From positions 1 through 41,696 of the forward strand of contig NMRA01001193.1 of NCBI GenBank assembly GCA_002633005.1: a DNA stretch of 41,696 nt, in the 5' to 3' direction. Below are positions 23,601 through 33,594 of this stretch, piece by piece; the stretch's first letter is position 1; the number at the start of each line of letters is the position of its first letter. The position numbers and the translations under genes were made by a program. Under the pieces are notes generated by a model. It did no database searches, was not told the origin of the DNA, and worked only from the letters and a program-made list of their open reading frames with translations. This stretch comes from Phoronis australis. Taxonomy: Eukaryota > Animalia > Phoronida.

Positions 23601-26600
23601 GGGTGACAGTAGATGAAGTGCCTCCAGTGCCTGTATATAGTGGCCACAGCTCGGGAAGCTTCTCGCTTCAAAAACGCACTTCTCGGGGTTGACGACGGGG
23701 CACTGCCGTGAATCAACAGCGACGGTATGGTACCCTTCTTCAGGCGTTGTTTCGCAGGGACCTTCACCAATTCAGCGTACATATCTCTGTCGTAACCTGA
23801 CGGTAGAAAATGCTTGCCACACACTCGGTAACCCTCCACTGCTTTGTACATTGCGTGGACGGGTAGCGCTGCGTTCTTCACATGAACGAGCTAGCCAAGT
23901 ACGGCGAAGTGTGCCATCCTTCGGAAAGCGACGCAAGGTACCCAGGCAAAGCGCGTGTGAGACGATAATGAGTACATTCCGGCAAGCAACAACAGCGTGG
24001 CATGTTGACTGACTTGTAAACAAAAGCAAACGACGATCGAACTTATCACAACTGAGGTAGAACAATGACTGACTCGACAGCTCTCACAGTCAGACTATAA
24101 TGAAAAGAAATTGGCGCGAAACTCTTGCCTCCCAAAACATCACTTCCGGAGTAGACGAGTAGTAATTAATTAAATTACGAAAAGCAGTAAATAATTGAAA
24201 AATGTGTCTGGGATAATCAACGAACCTTATTTTTGCTAAAAGTGACATGAGAAAAGGTTGCCTTCGCCTTTAAGTATGCTTCAGGTCTGCCTGCTCACGT
24301 GATGTTAACCTTTGACCTCTGTGGAAAATTGCGTGAGTTTACAGCTTGTTAGATTGGACAGTTGCTGATGTGGGAATTGGAGGAGTTAATTATTAGTTTT
24401 TGTATTGTTTTCTTAGCTTAGATGAGAATCCAACAAATACCTTAAGATGTGTCATGTCACTGAAATTTCATGACCATATTTCCCACAGTAGTTAAACTTA
24501 CTGACTTTTGTTCAACCTGACTTTAAAGTGGCCATAGTGGAATGAATTATGTGAATACTAGCCGTTATCCGTGCTTTCGCGCTGGTAGCAAGTAGTATAT
24601 GGGAAATACCGAGAGGAAATAGCTACACCTTCAAGTGAACATTAGTGTTCACGGCAAGAGGCAGAAATATTTCTTGAAGAGACCGTTTTATTTTAAAGCT
24701 TTAATCAGAACTTCTGTCAGATTTAGGCAGGATGTGCGGTTGGGGCCGGGATTCGTTTGGCCCCAGGAAGTACATTTTTTCCCAGAACGTTTAACCCTGT
24801 CAGTATTCAAATCTTAATACAACATAGTTTCTCTGCTTATTTTATGCCATAGTTTGTCATGAAACTGAAAACTCCTCATTTGAATGCACATTTTATGATA
24901 CCGATATCAATAACACTATATCATAAATGAAGAGATCTGAAGATATTTCATTGTGTTGCAGGATATCGGAAGCCTTTGTAAAAGCCAATGACTACGTGAA
25001 ATTTCGTGGAGAAAAGGGGTAATTACTTCCCATCACCTAATGCACTTCATTTCTTTACATCTGAAACTTTTAATATTTGCTGTACAACACCTTTAAAAAA
25101 TAATTGTAGGCGGTCTGATACACTTGTACCAGACTTGCGCAGAACGCGCAAGTACTAAACATTTGTGGATGTTACTAAATTTGAAAATTACAAAAACGGT
25201 GTACTGATAACAACAGTTCTATACTCGTCTGTCTAGCTTCAACTTACTCCCAATCATCTGGAAAAACTGGACCATTACAAAAATGGTTTTCATGCTTGTA
25301 AAACGCATGGAAATATAGGTTAAAGTGGTAAGGAATATTTCATGAGATAAAAAAGGTTGCCGGACGAGCGTTGCTTTGGACGAGCGCAAACCACATAGGC
25401 TCATAGGCACAAAACATCTGATTTGAAACTCGGAACCCTCTTGTGTGTGCGTGTATATAATTATATAGTCATTGGGTTTACCTGAGAGAGATTGCAAAGG
25501 TCCGTAAATGTGTAGGTTACATTCATTTGCTGCTGGTGCCTGGTACTTTAACTAAGTTGCTGTCCACTGATAACATCCACGATCACCATTGCTTGCGCTT
25601 GTCGCCGCACTTTACCTTCAACTAGGTTTTCAGTCGGTGAAGCTCAGCTACTTCGTAGGTTCTATTATTTGAAACTAGGGAAATGGTGTTGTCTAAGACA
25701 ATCTACGACATGACTGCCTATAGCAAAGTGACAGATCAAGTGTTTCATACAATTCTGTTCTCTGAAAAACCCGAGTTGGAAGAATCCCGTTCAATTCTGC
25801 AACGAGTTCAAGAGAGGAATGTGTACAGGTGTGTCGGACAGACACAGCCAAACGAAACGACGATATCAAAGGTAGGGATCAGTGTTGTTCAAATAGGGGG
25901 TGCTTGGATCTATTAGAATCTAACTTTTACTTCATTACTCTTAAGGAAGAGTCATTGTAAAATTGATGACGAGGTTGATTTAGTTTGTTGTGTTATAAAT
26001 GCGCACTTGTCCCTTTAAAATATTAATAGACATTGTGTAATTAATAATAAATTTATCATTACTGGCCGTTTAAAGAGTGTATTACTTGAAAAACTTGACC
26101 CATTCTTGTTTCTGGTGCTGTCCATTAAATGATGTCTTGTTTGCTGGCTGCCACACAATACATTGTAATTACAATTTTAACTGGGATAATTCATTAGTTG
26201 GTCAAGGCATCAAATATAGGTCACGACTGAAAGAAAACCATTTTTGTCAAGAGTATGCAAGTATTGCGTGTTTTTACGCTACTGTGTTTAATATTTGTCC
26301 AAGAAACGAGTAATAAGCGATTTAGCGAACGATGTCATATTTTCCACACTGTGTGCTGTGAACAGAGTACAGGGCCCAGTCTCTAATCTTTTTACTCGAA
26401 ATGGAACTCGAAATTATGTTTGGCATTTTCTCCTCCATTTTTGTTGGAACTCAAGGTAAGTGTCTAGTATTCTATGCTCGAGTACACAAAGACTTACGTG
26501 GATAATTTATTAGTCCTAGTTTGAAGTTGATAAACCCAACATCAAGGCTAAACGTTAGCGTTTGAACTCGAAATTTCGAGTTTTCACTGGAGTTTGTAGC

Positions 26601-28855
26601 ACGAATTTAAGGGTCTCCAAGTGTAAAATTGGACTAGAAACTCATAGGCATAAACTATAATGTATTCGAGCACAGTCAGATAACCACTTATCTTGAGTTC
26701 TTACAAAAGGAGCAGAGAAATTGCCAAAAATAATTTCGATTTCTTTTCGAGTGCAAATATTAAGAGACGGAGCCCAGGTGTTTGTTTCTTAACTCAAAAC
26801 ATCATCAGTGGGAAACTGTCTATCTAAAAAGTAAACACTGAAGAACGATCAAACACTAAAGTGACAGTTACAAAATGAAAAGAGTGCAGGAAAGAGAAAA
26901 TCGGCATGTGTCTGTCATTCCAGTGCTGTCAATCTACAGTGTTCAACATTTAGGTGTGTTGCTACCTTAATTCAGTTAAGAAACGAAACGTTTCGACTAC
27001 GTATATATCCCATTAGTATTGGAACTTTATATTACGTCATTTGTTAAAGCGCTTGTTATTTTCCTTGGGTGAACTTGGCCTAAACCAGAAGCATTAAAAC
27101 TCATTCTATACAGGATCAAGTACTTAAAATGGAAAATGACATTGCGACTAGCATCAACAATGAAGACATTTCGGATGAGTTCGGCGATCTGATTGAAGAG
27201 AAGAAGGCAGTTCCATTACAGCAAGACGACATTGTTGTCATTGTAAGTAGTGACTAGTGTAAGCCACGGTCTTGAGGTGTCAACCACAGAGACGCACATG
27301 TTTAAACATTTCATTTTTACCCGTCCACTATCTCCCATCACTTTTGGCACCTTCTCGTACTCCTGTTTTGCTCGTTTTTATTGCCCATCTTACCAGAGGT
27401 TATTATGATATACATATTGTATCTTATTTTCATATACATTCTTTGTATTTTCATTCTATTCTAATAAACGATCTTATTTCACCAACCTCGATCTCCTTTT
27501 CATCTCTGGTAATGAGATTGTGATGCACCTATTTTACTCAAGACATATTCTCAGCACAAAGAGATTTTTTCTGTGACTGTGAGGTTGCTGGAATTCTCAA
27601 GACGGGTGATGATTGAGTCAATTCTCCCAAAAATTTTCAACGTGTCCTGCAGTAGGCATTGACTACTTAACAGTCCAAGTGACAGTCAATTCATGTAACT
27701 CTATAATTTGTTTGCAAAGTCCTATCTGGAAAGCAAAAACATCAAAGTAACAACGTGTGTCTTTATGGTAATTTTTGTTTGTTAATTTAAACATTTTGAG
27801 TTATATCTTCACCGGTTGCAGTGTGGCTACAAAGTAGGTAAACTTGGCTGCTGCATGTAATAAGCCAGTGATACGTTTGATAACGTTTGCTTCAGGAACT
27901 ACTTTTTTCAGCCAATCATTTCTCAATTTCATAGCTAACCACGGTTCTAGTGTGTTCTTTTTAAAATCAACAAGAGATATTTCTCTACAGGTATCAATCG
28001 GATATTACAATTTTTATATTTTTTCTATATTCTAATTTTGTGAGCAGATTGCAAATATGGACTATGGGATGGAAGGCAACAACCCGGTGGAGAACGTACG
28101 ATTCTACACGAAAAGTGATCCGAACAAAGCTGAACCGTTAAGCAAGAAAGATGTAAGTTAAGCCCTAGTCACGTACACAGGAGTCCTTGAATTGAGAACC
28201 AGGTTGGTGCTATAGTAAATATAGAAACTATTGGGAATCAAATAAGCATAGCGTTTTGGTGATTTCAACCAATCCTCGTTTTGTCGCTTGCTAATGCGTA
28301 ATTGACGTCAATCTTCCAAGTTAAATTCAGGAATCAACTATATGCCAGAGATTGGACATTATGGTGCTACGCGGGTGGGTTTTCCCACAATTGCTGTGTA
28401 GGCAGAATTTGAAAGGAGTTTTCAGATTGTAATCCAAAGTTTTGAGGGTTGTCGAGGATTACGGAGCATCATGCTGTTTCGAAGAACAAATGGGAAAGGT
28501 GTTTTAATATCTCTTAATAGGCCAAACCGGGTTTGATACTTTTTAATAGAGGAAACTGGTTTTCAAAATGCAAGACCCCTGTAAATGATTGTTACCGTAC
28601 GTTTTGGGATTAAATGGAAGGGTGGGAAATTGAACAAAAGCACTTGCAGTGTGCAGTGAGCTCTATCATATACTGTGCCCTTTTGGCTTCTCATATTCAC
28701 CATTGACCTTTCGACAGGTCTCCATGATGTTGCCTTCCACTTTCTCTGAGCAGTACATTCGAGTGCACTGTAAGAAGAGTGACCCGCTGGAGCTGGCTAT
28801 TGCCAACCTGTCCTTCAGGAGATGGTGCCAGAAGAATGGCATGGAACCGGATATG
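8581..28855 (+). CDS. SAMHD1: SAMHD1-like dNTP triphosphohydrolase gene, spliced; 5' start and last exon unresolved
   Basis: Exons 9926-10086, 14551-14737, 15189-15338, 20416-20463, 21260-21424, 21803-21894, 24962-25018, 25679-25871, 27114-27242, 28048-28152 and 28718-28855 all have AG/GT boundaries and compatible phases (1425 nt, no stops). Motifs [37 protein letters not shown], HRRAxQHK and NMDYGM are colinear with human SAMHD1 residues ~117-582. Confidence 0.95.
8979..9203. repeat. Perfect 96-bp-arm inverted repeat with a GC-rich branched spacer
   Basis: 8979-9074 is the reverse complement of 9108-9203; 33-nt spacer ccccgccgaaaggcggccggagagcggggccat. Confidence 0.95.
9926..10086 (+). CDS. 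SAMHD1: SAMHD1 exon ([14 protein letters not shown]...NRFEHSLG)
   Basis: ttttgcag acceptor, GG|gtgagt donor, 161 nt; carries D137/Q142/R145/Q149/R164/H167 equivalents. Confidence 0.97.
11969..12495. repeat. 263-bp near-identical tandem duplication across a single n (probable assembly overlap)
   Basis: 11969-12231 matches 12233-12495 with a few SNPs; n at 12232. Confidence 0.9.
12380..12841 (+). mobile_element. 5'-truncated Penelope-like element: GIY-YIG endonuclease remnant and pLTR with inverted ends
   Basis: From 12436: VIYQLKC...YIGETKR...RFKEH...AVMEH...[16 protein letters not shown]...[13 protein letters not shown] (2 stops). 40-bp inverted ends at 12380-12419 / 12802-12841. Confidence 0.9.
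13504..14496. repeat. ~493-bp near-identical tandem duplication across a single n (probable assembly overlap)
   Basis: 13504-13996 matches 13998-14496 with a few SNPs and a small indel; n at 13997. Confidence 0.9.
14551..14737 (+). CDS. SAMHD1: SAMHD1 exon with the HD motif (VCYLAGQL...[14 protein letters not shown]...TWK)
   Basis: ctttcag acceptor, AAA|gtgagt donor, 187 nt; H206/D207/H210/H215/D218 equivalents. Confidence 0.97.
15189..15338 (+). CDS. SAMHD1: SAMHD1 exon ([12 protein letters not shown]...[17 protein letters not shown])
   Basis: tcttag acceptor, GAC|gtaagt donor, 150 nt; H233/E234 equivalents. Confidence 0.95.
18464..19388 (-). pseudogene. THAP zinc-finger pseudo-CDS, two exons
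   Basis: [12 protein letters not shown]...[10 protein letters not shown]|CKRW/ADFMNRD...KLCSRHFEE...[10 protein letters not shown]. First Cys is Tyr; two frame breaks; AG|gtaagg donor and ttaag acceptor. Confidence 0.85.
18704..18768. repeat. (CTACA)n microsatellite, ~13 units
   Basis: Direct reading. Confidence 0.97.
19954..20271. mobile_element. MITE with ~40-bp diverged TIRs, possibly Kolobok-type
   Basis: ttaa|agctacatttc...tttatctggctaaaatgaaaat versus attttcatttttagccagctaaac...gaaatgcagct; TTAA present only on the left. Confidence 0.6.
20416..20463 (+). CDS. SAMHD1: SAMHD1 short exon ([16 protein letters not shown])
   Basis: ttttccag acceptor, GAG|gtacgt donor, 48 nt; aligns to human WPYKGRPENKSFLYE. 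Confidence 0.93.
21260..21424 (+). CDS. SAMHD1: SAMHD1 exon ([25 protein letters not shown]...ICCRDK)
   Basis: gtataag acceptor, AAG|gtttgc donor, 165 nt; D311/K312/Y315/D319/D330/R333/R352/K354 equivalents. Confidence 0.97.
21803..21894 (+). CDS. SAMHD1: SAMHD1 exon ([31 protein letters not shown])
   Basis: ttccatag acceptor, AT|gtgagt donor, 92 nt; R366/H370/Q375/H376/K377 equivalents. Confidence 0.95.
22161..22880 (+). mobile_element. Possible solo LTR
   Basis: TGA...TCA ends, imperfect 5-bp flanks gacag/cacag, tct(a/g)gaa-type repeats, a cagtt-rich middle and aataaa just before the end. Confidence 0.45.
22936..24269 (-). mobile_element. Non-autonomous Kolobok-like DNA transposon retaining the transposase N-terminus
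   Basis: AGG...CCT termini with ttag/ttaa flanks and ~300-bp inverted arms. Frameshifted THAP ([10 protein letters not shown]...RFPKD..LRRTW...RVCGKHF...LKKGTIPSL), then KFIV...FRRCQVCG...[13 protein letters not shown]. Confidence 0.82.
24962..25018 (+). CDS. SAMHD1: SAMHD1 exon ([19 protein letters not shown])
   Basis: gttgcag acceptor, GG|gtaatt donor, 57 nt; aligns to human ITDAFLKADDYIEITG. Confidence 0.93.
25679..25871 (+). CDS. SAMHD1: SAMHD1 exon ([19 protein letters not shown]...[13 protein letters not shown]...SK)
   Basis: aactag acceptor, AAG|gtaggg donor, 193 nt; R451 equivalent. Confidence 0.94.
26373..26774. mobile_element. PIF/Harbinger-type MITE
   Basis: ~60-bp imperfect TIRs (ggcccagtctctaat...ctcgaaattat / ataatttcga...attaagagacggagcc) and a 3-bp CAG TSD. 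Confidence 0.75.
27114..27242 (+). CDS. SAMHD1: SAMHD1 exon ([13 protein letters not shown]...[10 protein letters not shown])
   Basis: tatacag acceptor, ATT|gtaagt donor, 129 nt, phase 0/0; end resembles human LKAEDFIVD. Confidence 0.88.
28048..28152 (+). CDS. SAMHD1: SAMHD1 exon ([35 protein letters not shown])
   Basis: gagcag acceptor, GAT|gtaagt donor, 105 nt. Confidence 0.95.
28718..28855 (+). CDS. SAMHD1: SAMHD1 exon ([20 protein letters not shown]...[14 protein letters not shown])
   Basis: tcgacag acceptor, probable ATG|gtactg donor, 138 nt; aligns to human [20 protein letters not shown]...WC. Confidence 0.92.
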
Positions 28856-30672
28856 GTACTGTTGGTGGTATCGGTTCACTTTTTAACATAGCCAGCCTGC
28901 TAGCTGCATGAAGACAAAATACAGCTAGGTTGAGCTCCGTTAGACCTAGCCTTGGTGCACAGGTTAAGCTAAATATACAACTTTGCGCCCATGTGGGTAA
29001 AAACACTGATTAAATCAAACACAAAATTAGTGTCGTTAAAAACTGGGCAATTCCATTTGTGACGGATGTACAATCACAGAACATTTCGATCAATGGTGAA
29101 AAAATCCACCAAGGAAAATAATTAATACACCAATTGTTAGGTCTCATTAATAGGTTTCAAATCATGTATCAATTTTTATCTTTTTATCTGACTGAGAAAT
29201 TTGCCTTAAAAGGGGTCTGACGAACGTACGCAAAGAATTTGAATTTTTGAAAACGTTAATTTTCTGTGAGTTGCATGATGTTACAATTTTCTATTTTAAA
29301 TGATTTAGTGGAATGCTTGCGAAGTAAAACATACTATTTTTTGGTGATATTTTCTAAGAAATTTTGTCATACAACTCGAAGTGGACGTACGTGACGGACG
29401 TATGCTCTGAATTTCTAATATTTTAGTACTAGAAAAAATCGTTTGTTGTGCCTAGGATATTAATTTAGAATACTTCAAACTTCAGTATTTTTTATATTGG
29501 TCTTCTGCTACTGATTCATTGGTTTTTAATCAAAATACACTGACTCATTGCACAAAATCAACACCTGTTTTTAAGCATTATGTAGAATACAGATTCAAGA
29601 CTTCTATTACGTAAACGTGACTATCCAAAATCAAAAAAAAAATGTGAAATAAAGTTTAAAACATCACCAATTATCATTATAATAATAATGGATTTTCATG
29701 ATTTGTTTTTTCAATAGGACTTGCTCTCAGCTTGTACAGACATTGTCTGTTCCATGTCGCTGATAGCTCTGATGCATGGCCATGTTAATAAAAAATGTCA
29801 GTGATGTTTTAAAAGTATTGGTAACAGGACTTCAGTATCTTCTTTTACAAAGTGCGAAAAAAACACTCAATTCACCTTGCCCAATCAGGTCCATATAAAG
29901 CGGTGGGGGGAGGGGGGAGGGGGGGGCTCGTGTCCCCCCAAAAAGTTTCAGGCGTCAGGGTTAAACCGTGGCAACCGACATAGGCGTGGGGCCGGGGACA
30001 GTCGAGAAATGAAAGATTAAGAAATACGGATAAGAGGGAAAATTCAAGAGAACATTTTTAAAACAACTCTGTATCAGTGCATGGTTTATTTTTTGAGGAC
30101 CATGGCCAGGACATTGTCGTTAGGGTCTCCACTTTTACAGCACTGGTTGTCTAAACGCGCTTGACAACGTCCACGTTCATACACATAGTTAGAAAAATCG
30201 AGAAAATTTGTAAAGCGAAGCTTTTGCGGAGCTTTCGCAAAACTACATTTACACAGAGGCCCCTCTCTGGCAAAGGATAACGGGACAACTTTCGCTTGAT
30301 GTTTTTTCTCGAAATTGTATATCATTTGAGAAAAAATTGATGACATAACAGATAACATTAAATGCTGCACATTTCCTAATTTTTTGAAAATACAGATATT
30401 TTCATATTTAGGGGCCCCGCCCTTGAAAAAGGCCATTGATGACACTCAATTGGCCACCTTTTTGTGTTTTTATTGAGAAATTCCTTAGGTTTCGCTCTCG
30501 GAGAGGGCACAATGTTGAAATCGATTACGTCTATTTTCCTGTTTTTTTGTGAAATCGTGCAACCGGCTTTCATGTTGAAGGAGGTCACTTCCTGCACCGT
30601 CTTGTGACCACACAACGGTGGTATGAACTGTTACTCTTTTTTCCAAGCTTAATGATGTCCCATTTCAGACAG

Positions 30673-30732
30673 GACCCTCTCTCGGTGGAGCAGTCCCTCT
30701 ATACATATAAATCCAACACTCCCAAGTGTTAA
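30673..30732 (+). CDS. Candidate terminal SAMHD1 exon (DPLSVEQSLYTYKSNTPKC*)
   Basis: catttcagacag acceptor gives an in-phase tail containing a TP dipeptide. Alternatives exist at 30669 and 29718, or by read-through to 28891. Confidence 0.3.
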   Translation, partial: DPLSVEQSLYTYKSNTPKC

Positions 30733-32105
30733 CGAGAGAAGTTAAGATTCCAAATTCATCAAAAAACACAAAACATTCGTGCACAGCACAGCAGTATCAA
30801 CTGAAGACATTCGACCCAAACAACCAAAAAATGTGAAAAAATACGACACAATTGACCGCCATCGAAAGGGTGGAATTTTGAAGAACGTGAAGACCACTAT
30901 TTGTGAATTACACAAAGGGACTATTTCCGATGGTTAGTTATAAAATAATGTTATTGTTTCCCATAGCATCGCAAGAATAGTATCTCTTTTGAAGATGGTT
31001 ACTATGAGTTGTTTGTAAGGAATTCCTACATGTGGAAAACATTGTTGTCTAAGCTACTATTTGTGATGAATGTGTACATGTCAAAAGGGGGTACTCAAAG
31101 AACCCTCGCAATCATAAACAAAGATTTCAGAGTTTTTTTATAAGTGGAGTTCAAGTTTAGCTCGTGAACCGCTTTTGGTACCTCTGAAATGACCAAAAAT
31201 ACACCTTAATACGAATGCCCCATCTTCCAGGTTCCCCCGGTTACACGTGTTAAAAATCTGCAAGTATGCCTGCGGAAATTGCTTAATATAACATTCCGTT
31301 TTGATAAACAAATTCGTTGATTTTTGATTTACTTGATTATGTATCTACGAAAGTCGATAGATTCGTAGATGATCTTTGACAATTTAGAAGCTAATCTTGT
31401 AAAAATTGATGTTGTTTCAGTGATTTTAGTTGCAGCCTGAAGTTGGAAAAACTCTATAATCCAATCCCCAAATAGTAAAAGTTTACTGAGACGATTTTTG
31501 CCTATCTGAAATAACTCTCAAAGAAATTGGTGAAATTCGGAATCTCAAACCGTAAATCGAAAAAAGATTTAAAAGTCTTGAATTAAACTCATTGCTTGGA
31601 AATGTTGTTTTTGCACTTCCTTGGTGTTTGTAGTTTTCAGTAGTATTGCGCAATCAATTTTTGTTCTTCAAAACTGAATTTTCGCTTGCCCTGATTCCTG
31701 TGCACGTCATGACAGCCGTACCCACGTTAAAAATAAGATGTAGCCATGCAGTAGGCCCGCGCAGAAACTCAGTGATCCACGGGAACTAAACTCCAGGCGT
31801 AGAAGTGAGTACTTTGGGTCACGCCGTATCATTTTCCCCATAAACCAGAAACTGGACTGCCGGTCGTGTTTCAATGATGGATTTTGAAACAGTTCCAAAG
31901 GTACTATATACCAGGGACCTCGGGACCTCGCCTTTTCAAAAAGCTCCTTAAAAGAATGACCATAATAAAATGAAGTTTTCCCGACACTGGATCACAATAA
32001 AGCGAATCTTGACCTTAGAGCCAGCGCTGTCTGTCTCAAGCTGACCAGTAACTAGCTTTAGTTCATCGGGATTTTCGTATTTTGACACTGTTAGATCTCA
32101 GCTAC

Positions 32106-32263
32106 CAGGGGCGGATCCAGGATTTTGAATTGGGGGGGGAGCAGGGCAGAGTATTAGCCAGGATTTCGCTCGTCAGACATTCGCAACCCCGTACTGCCAA
32201 ATGGAATCTGGGAGAAGTTTAAGGGGGCCATGGACCCCTTGGCCTATTTTAAATCTGCCACTG
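32106..32263. mobile_element. Small hAT-like MITE remnant
   Basis: caggggcggatcc ... aatctgccactg ends; no clean TSD. Confidence 0.5.
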
Positions 32264-32729
32264 GCTATAGTTTCTTAAGGCGACTCCTCGCTAGCCGTCA
32301 GTGCACTGGTCCTAGGCCCATTCTTACTCTCTGTGTCAGTTCACGGTTACTGAACTCTTGATGGCTGCATCCCCAGGATTGCCCCCCACCTAGGGCGGAC
32401 ATGGGAGATCCGGTACAAATAATTGTGGTATCGGGTGCACGGGGGGTAGGGGCGGAGGTGATGGCCATGGGGGGGGGGTAGTTTGGCGAAGTCGTAAAAC
32501 AAGATTAACATTGTGAAATGGTTGTCATAATTTCAGAGATTCAGTGACCCATCCATGTACCGGAGGCAACTCGAGCAATCCCAGCCCAGTTCCCACACCA
32601 ACTGAACAGAACTCCCAGCAGCTTGGTAAACGTGACAAAGTGAAGTCAAACGTGTTACGGCACTGAGTTCTAGCGTACAGATTTTGGTGATAGAAGATTT
32701 GTCCCACAGGTGGGAGTAGGCGTGGAGCG

Positions 32730-33065
32730 TGCAAAATGGAGAAGGAAGGGGTAAAATGGAGAGGGGAGAGGGAGGGGATAAATTAGAAAGGGATGGTGCA
32801 AACTGGAAAGGGGAACGGTAAAATGGGGAGGCAGGTAAAATGGGAAGTAGGGTGCAAATGAGAGGGAGGGGGTACAATGGACAGGGGGAAATGTGGAGAG
32901 ATGGTGAGAAATGGAGAGGGAGGGTAAAAATGGACATGGAGGGCTCAAAATGAAGAGGGAGGGGATAAGTTGGAAAGGGAGGTGTCACATTGATTGGAGC
33001 AGGTGTGGAGGGAGACAAAATGGAGGGAGGGGTACATTAATGAGAGTTAATGTGGGGAGGGAGAG
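32730..33065. repeat. Purine-rich degenerate minisatellite (aaaatgg-rgrggg units)
   Basis: More than 10 recurring aaatgg + G/A-run units. Confidence 0.85.
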
Positions 33066-33492
33066 GTGTGCTTTTACGTTATTTACTTGGTGTTTGTTCT
33101 TTGTAATGACTTTATCATTTAAAATCAGACCTTAAAACATTCTTTAATTTTGTAGCAAAGAATAATGTTTTAGTATTTTACTAATTTGGTATTTATTAGG
33201 TGTGTTTGTGATTAGCACTCATTTATTTATGGTTGTTTTTATGCATGTTGTTTGGATAATCTTTTCATTTTGAATTGAACACAACTTATGCATATATTTA
33301 GTGTCGCTGTAATGTTTACTAAAGGGCCACATTAGTTTGGGAGTGCAGCATATCTAAAAGAGATTGTCTAACTGTTATATTCTGAAAGCTTTGTTTAAAA
33401 ATGAGTGTTTTATCTGGTAATAAACAATCTTTACACAAAATATATAATGAGAAATTGTGATCCAAGCTGTGTTGTAAGAGTGGCGAGTTCCA

Positions 33493-33594
33493 TGTGTGTT
33501 TGTGTATGTGCGTTCGTGTGTGTGTGTGTGTGTGTGTTTGTGTATGTGCGTTCGTGTGTGTGTGTGTGTTTGTGTATGTGCGTGTGTGTGTATG
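33493..33594. repeat. Compound (GT)n microsatellite
   Basis: Direct reading; tttgtgtatgtgcg interruption repeated three times. Confidence 0.97.
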
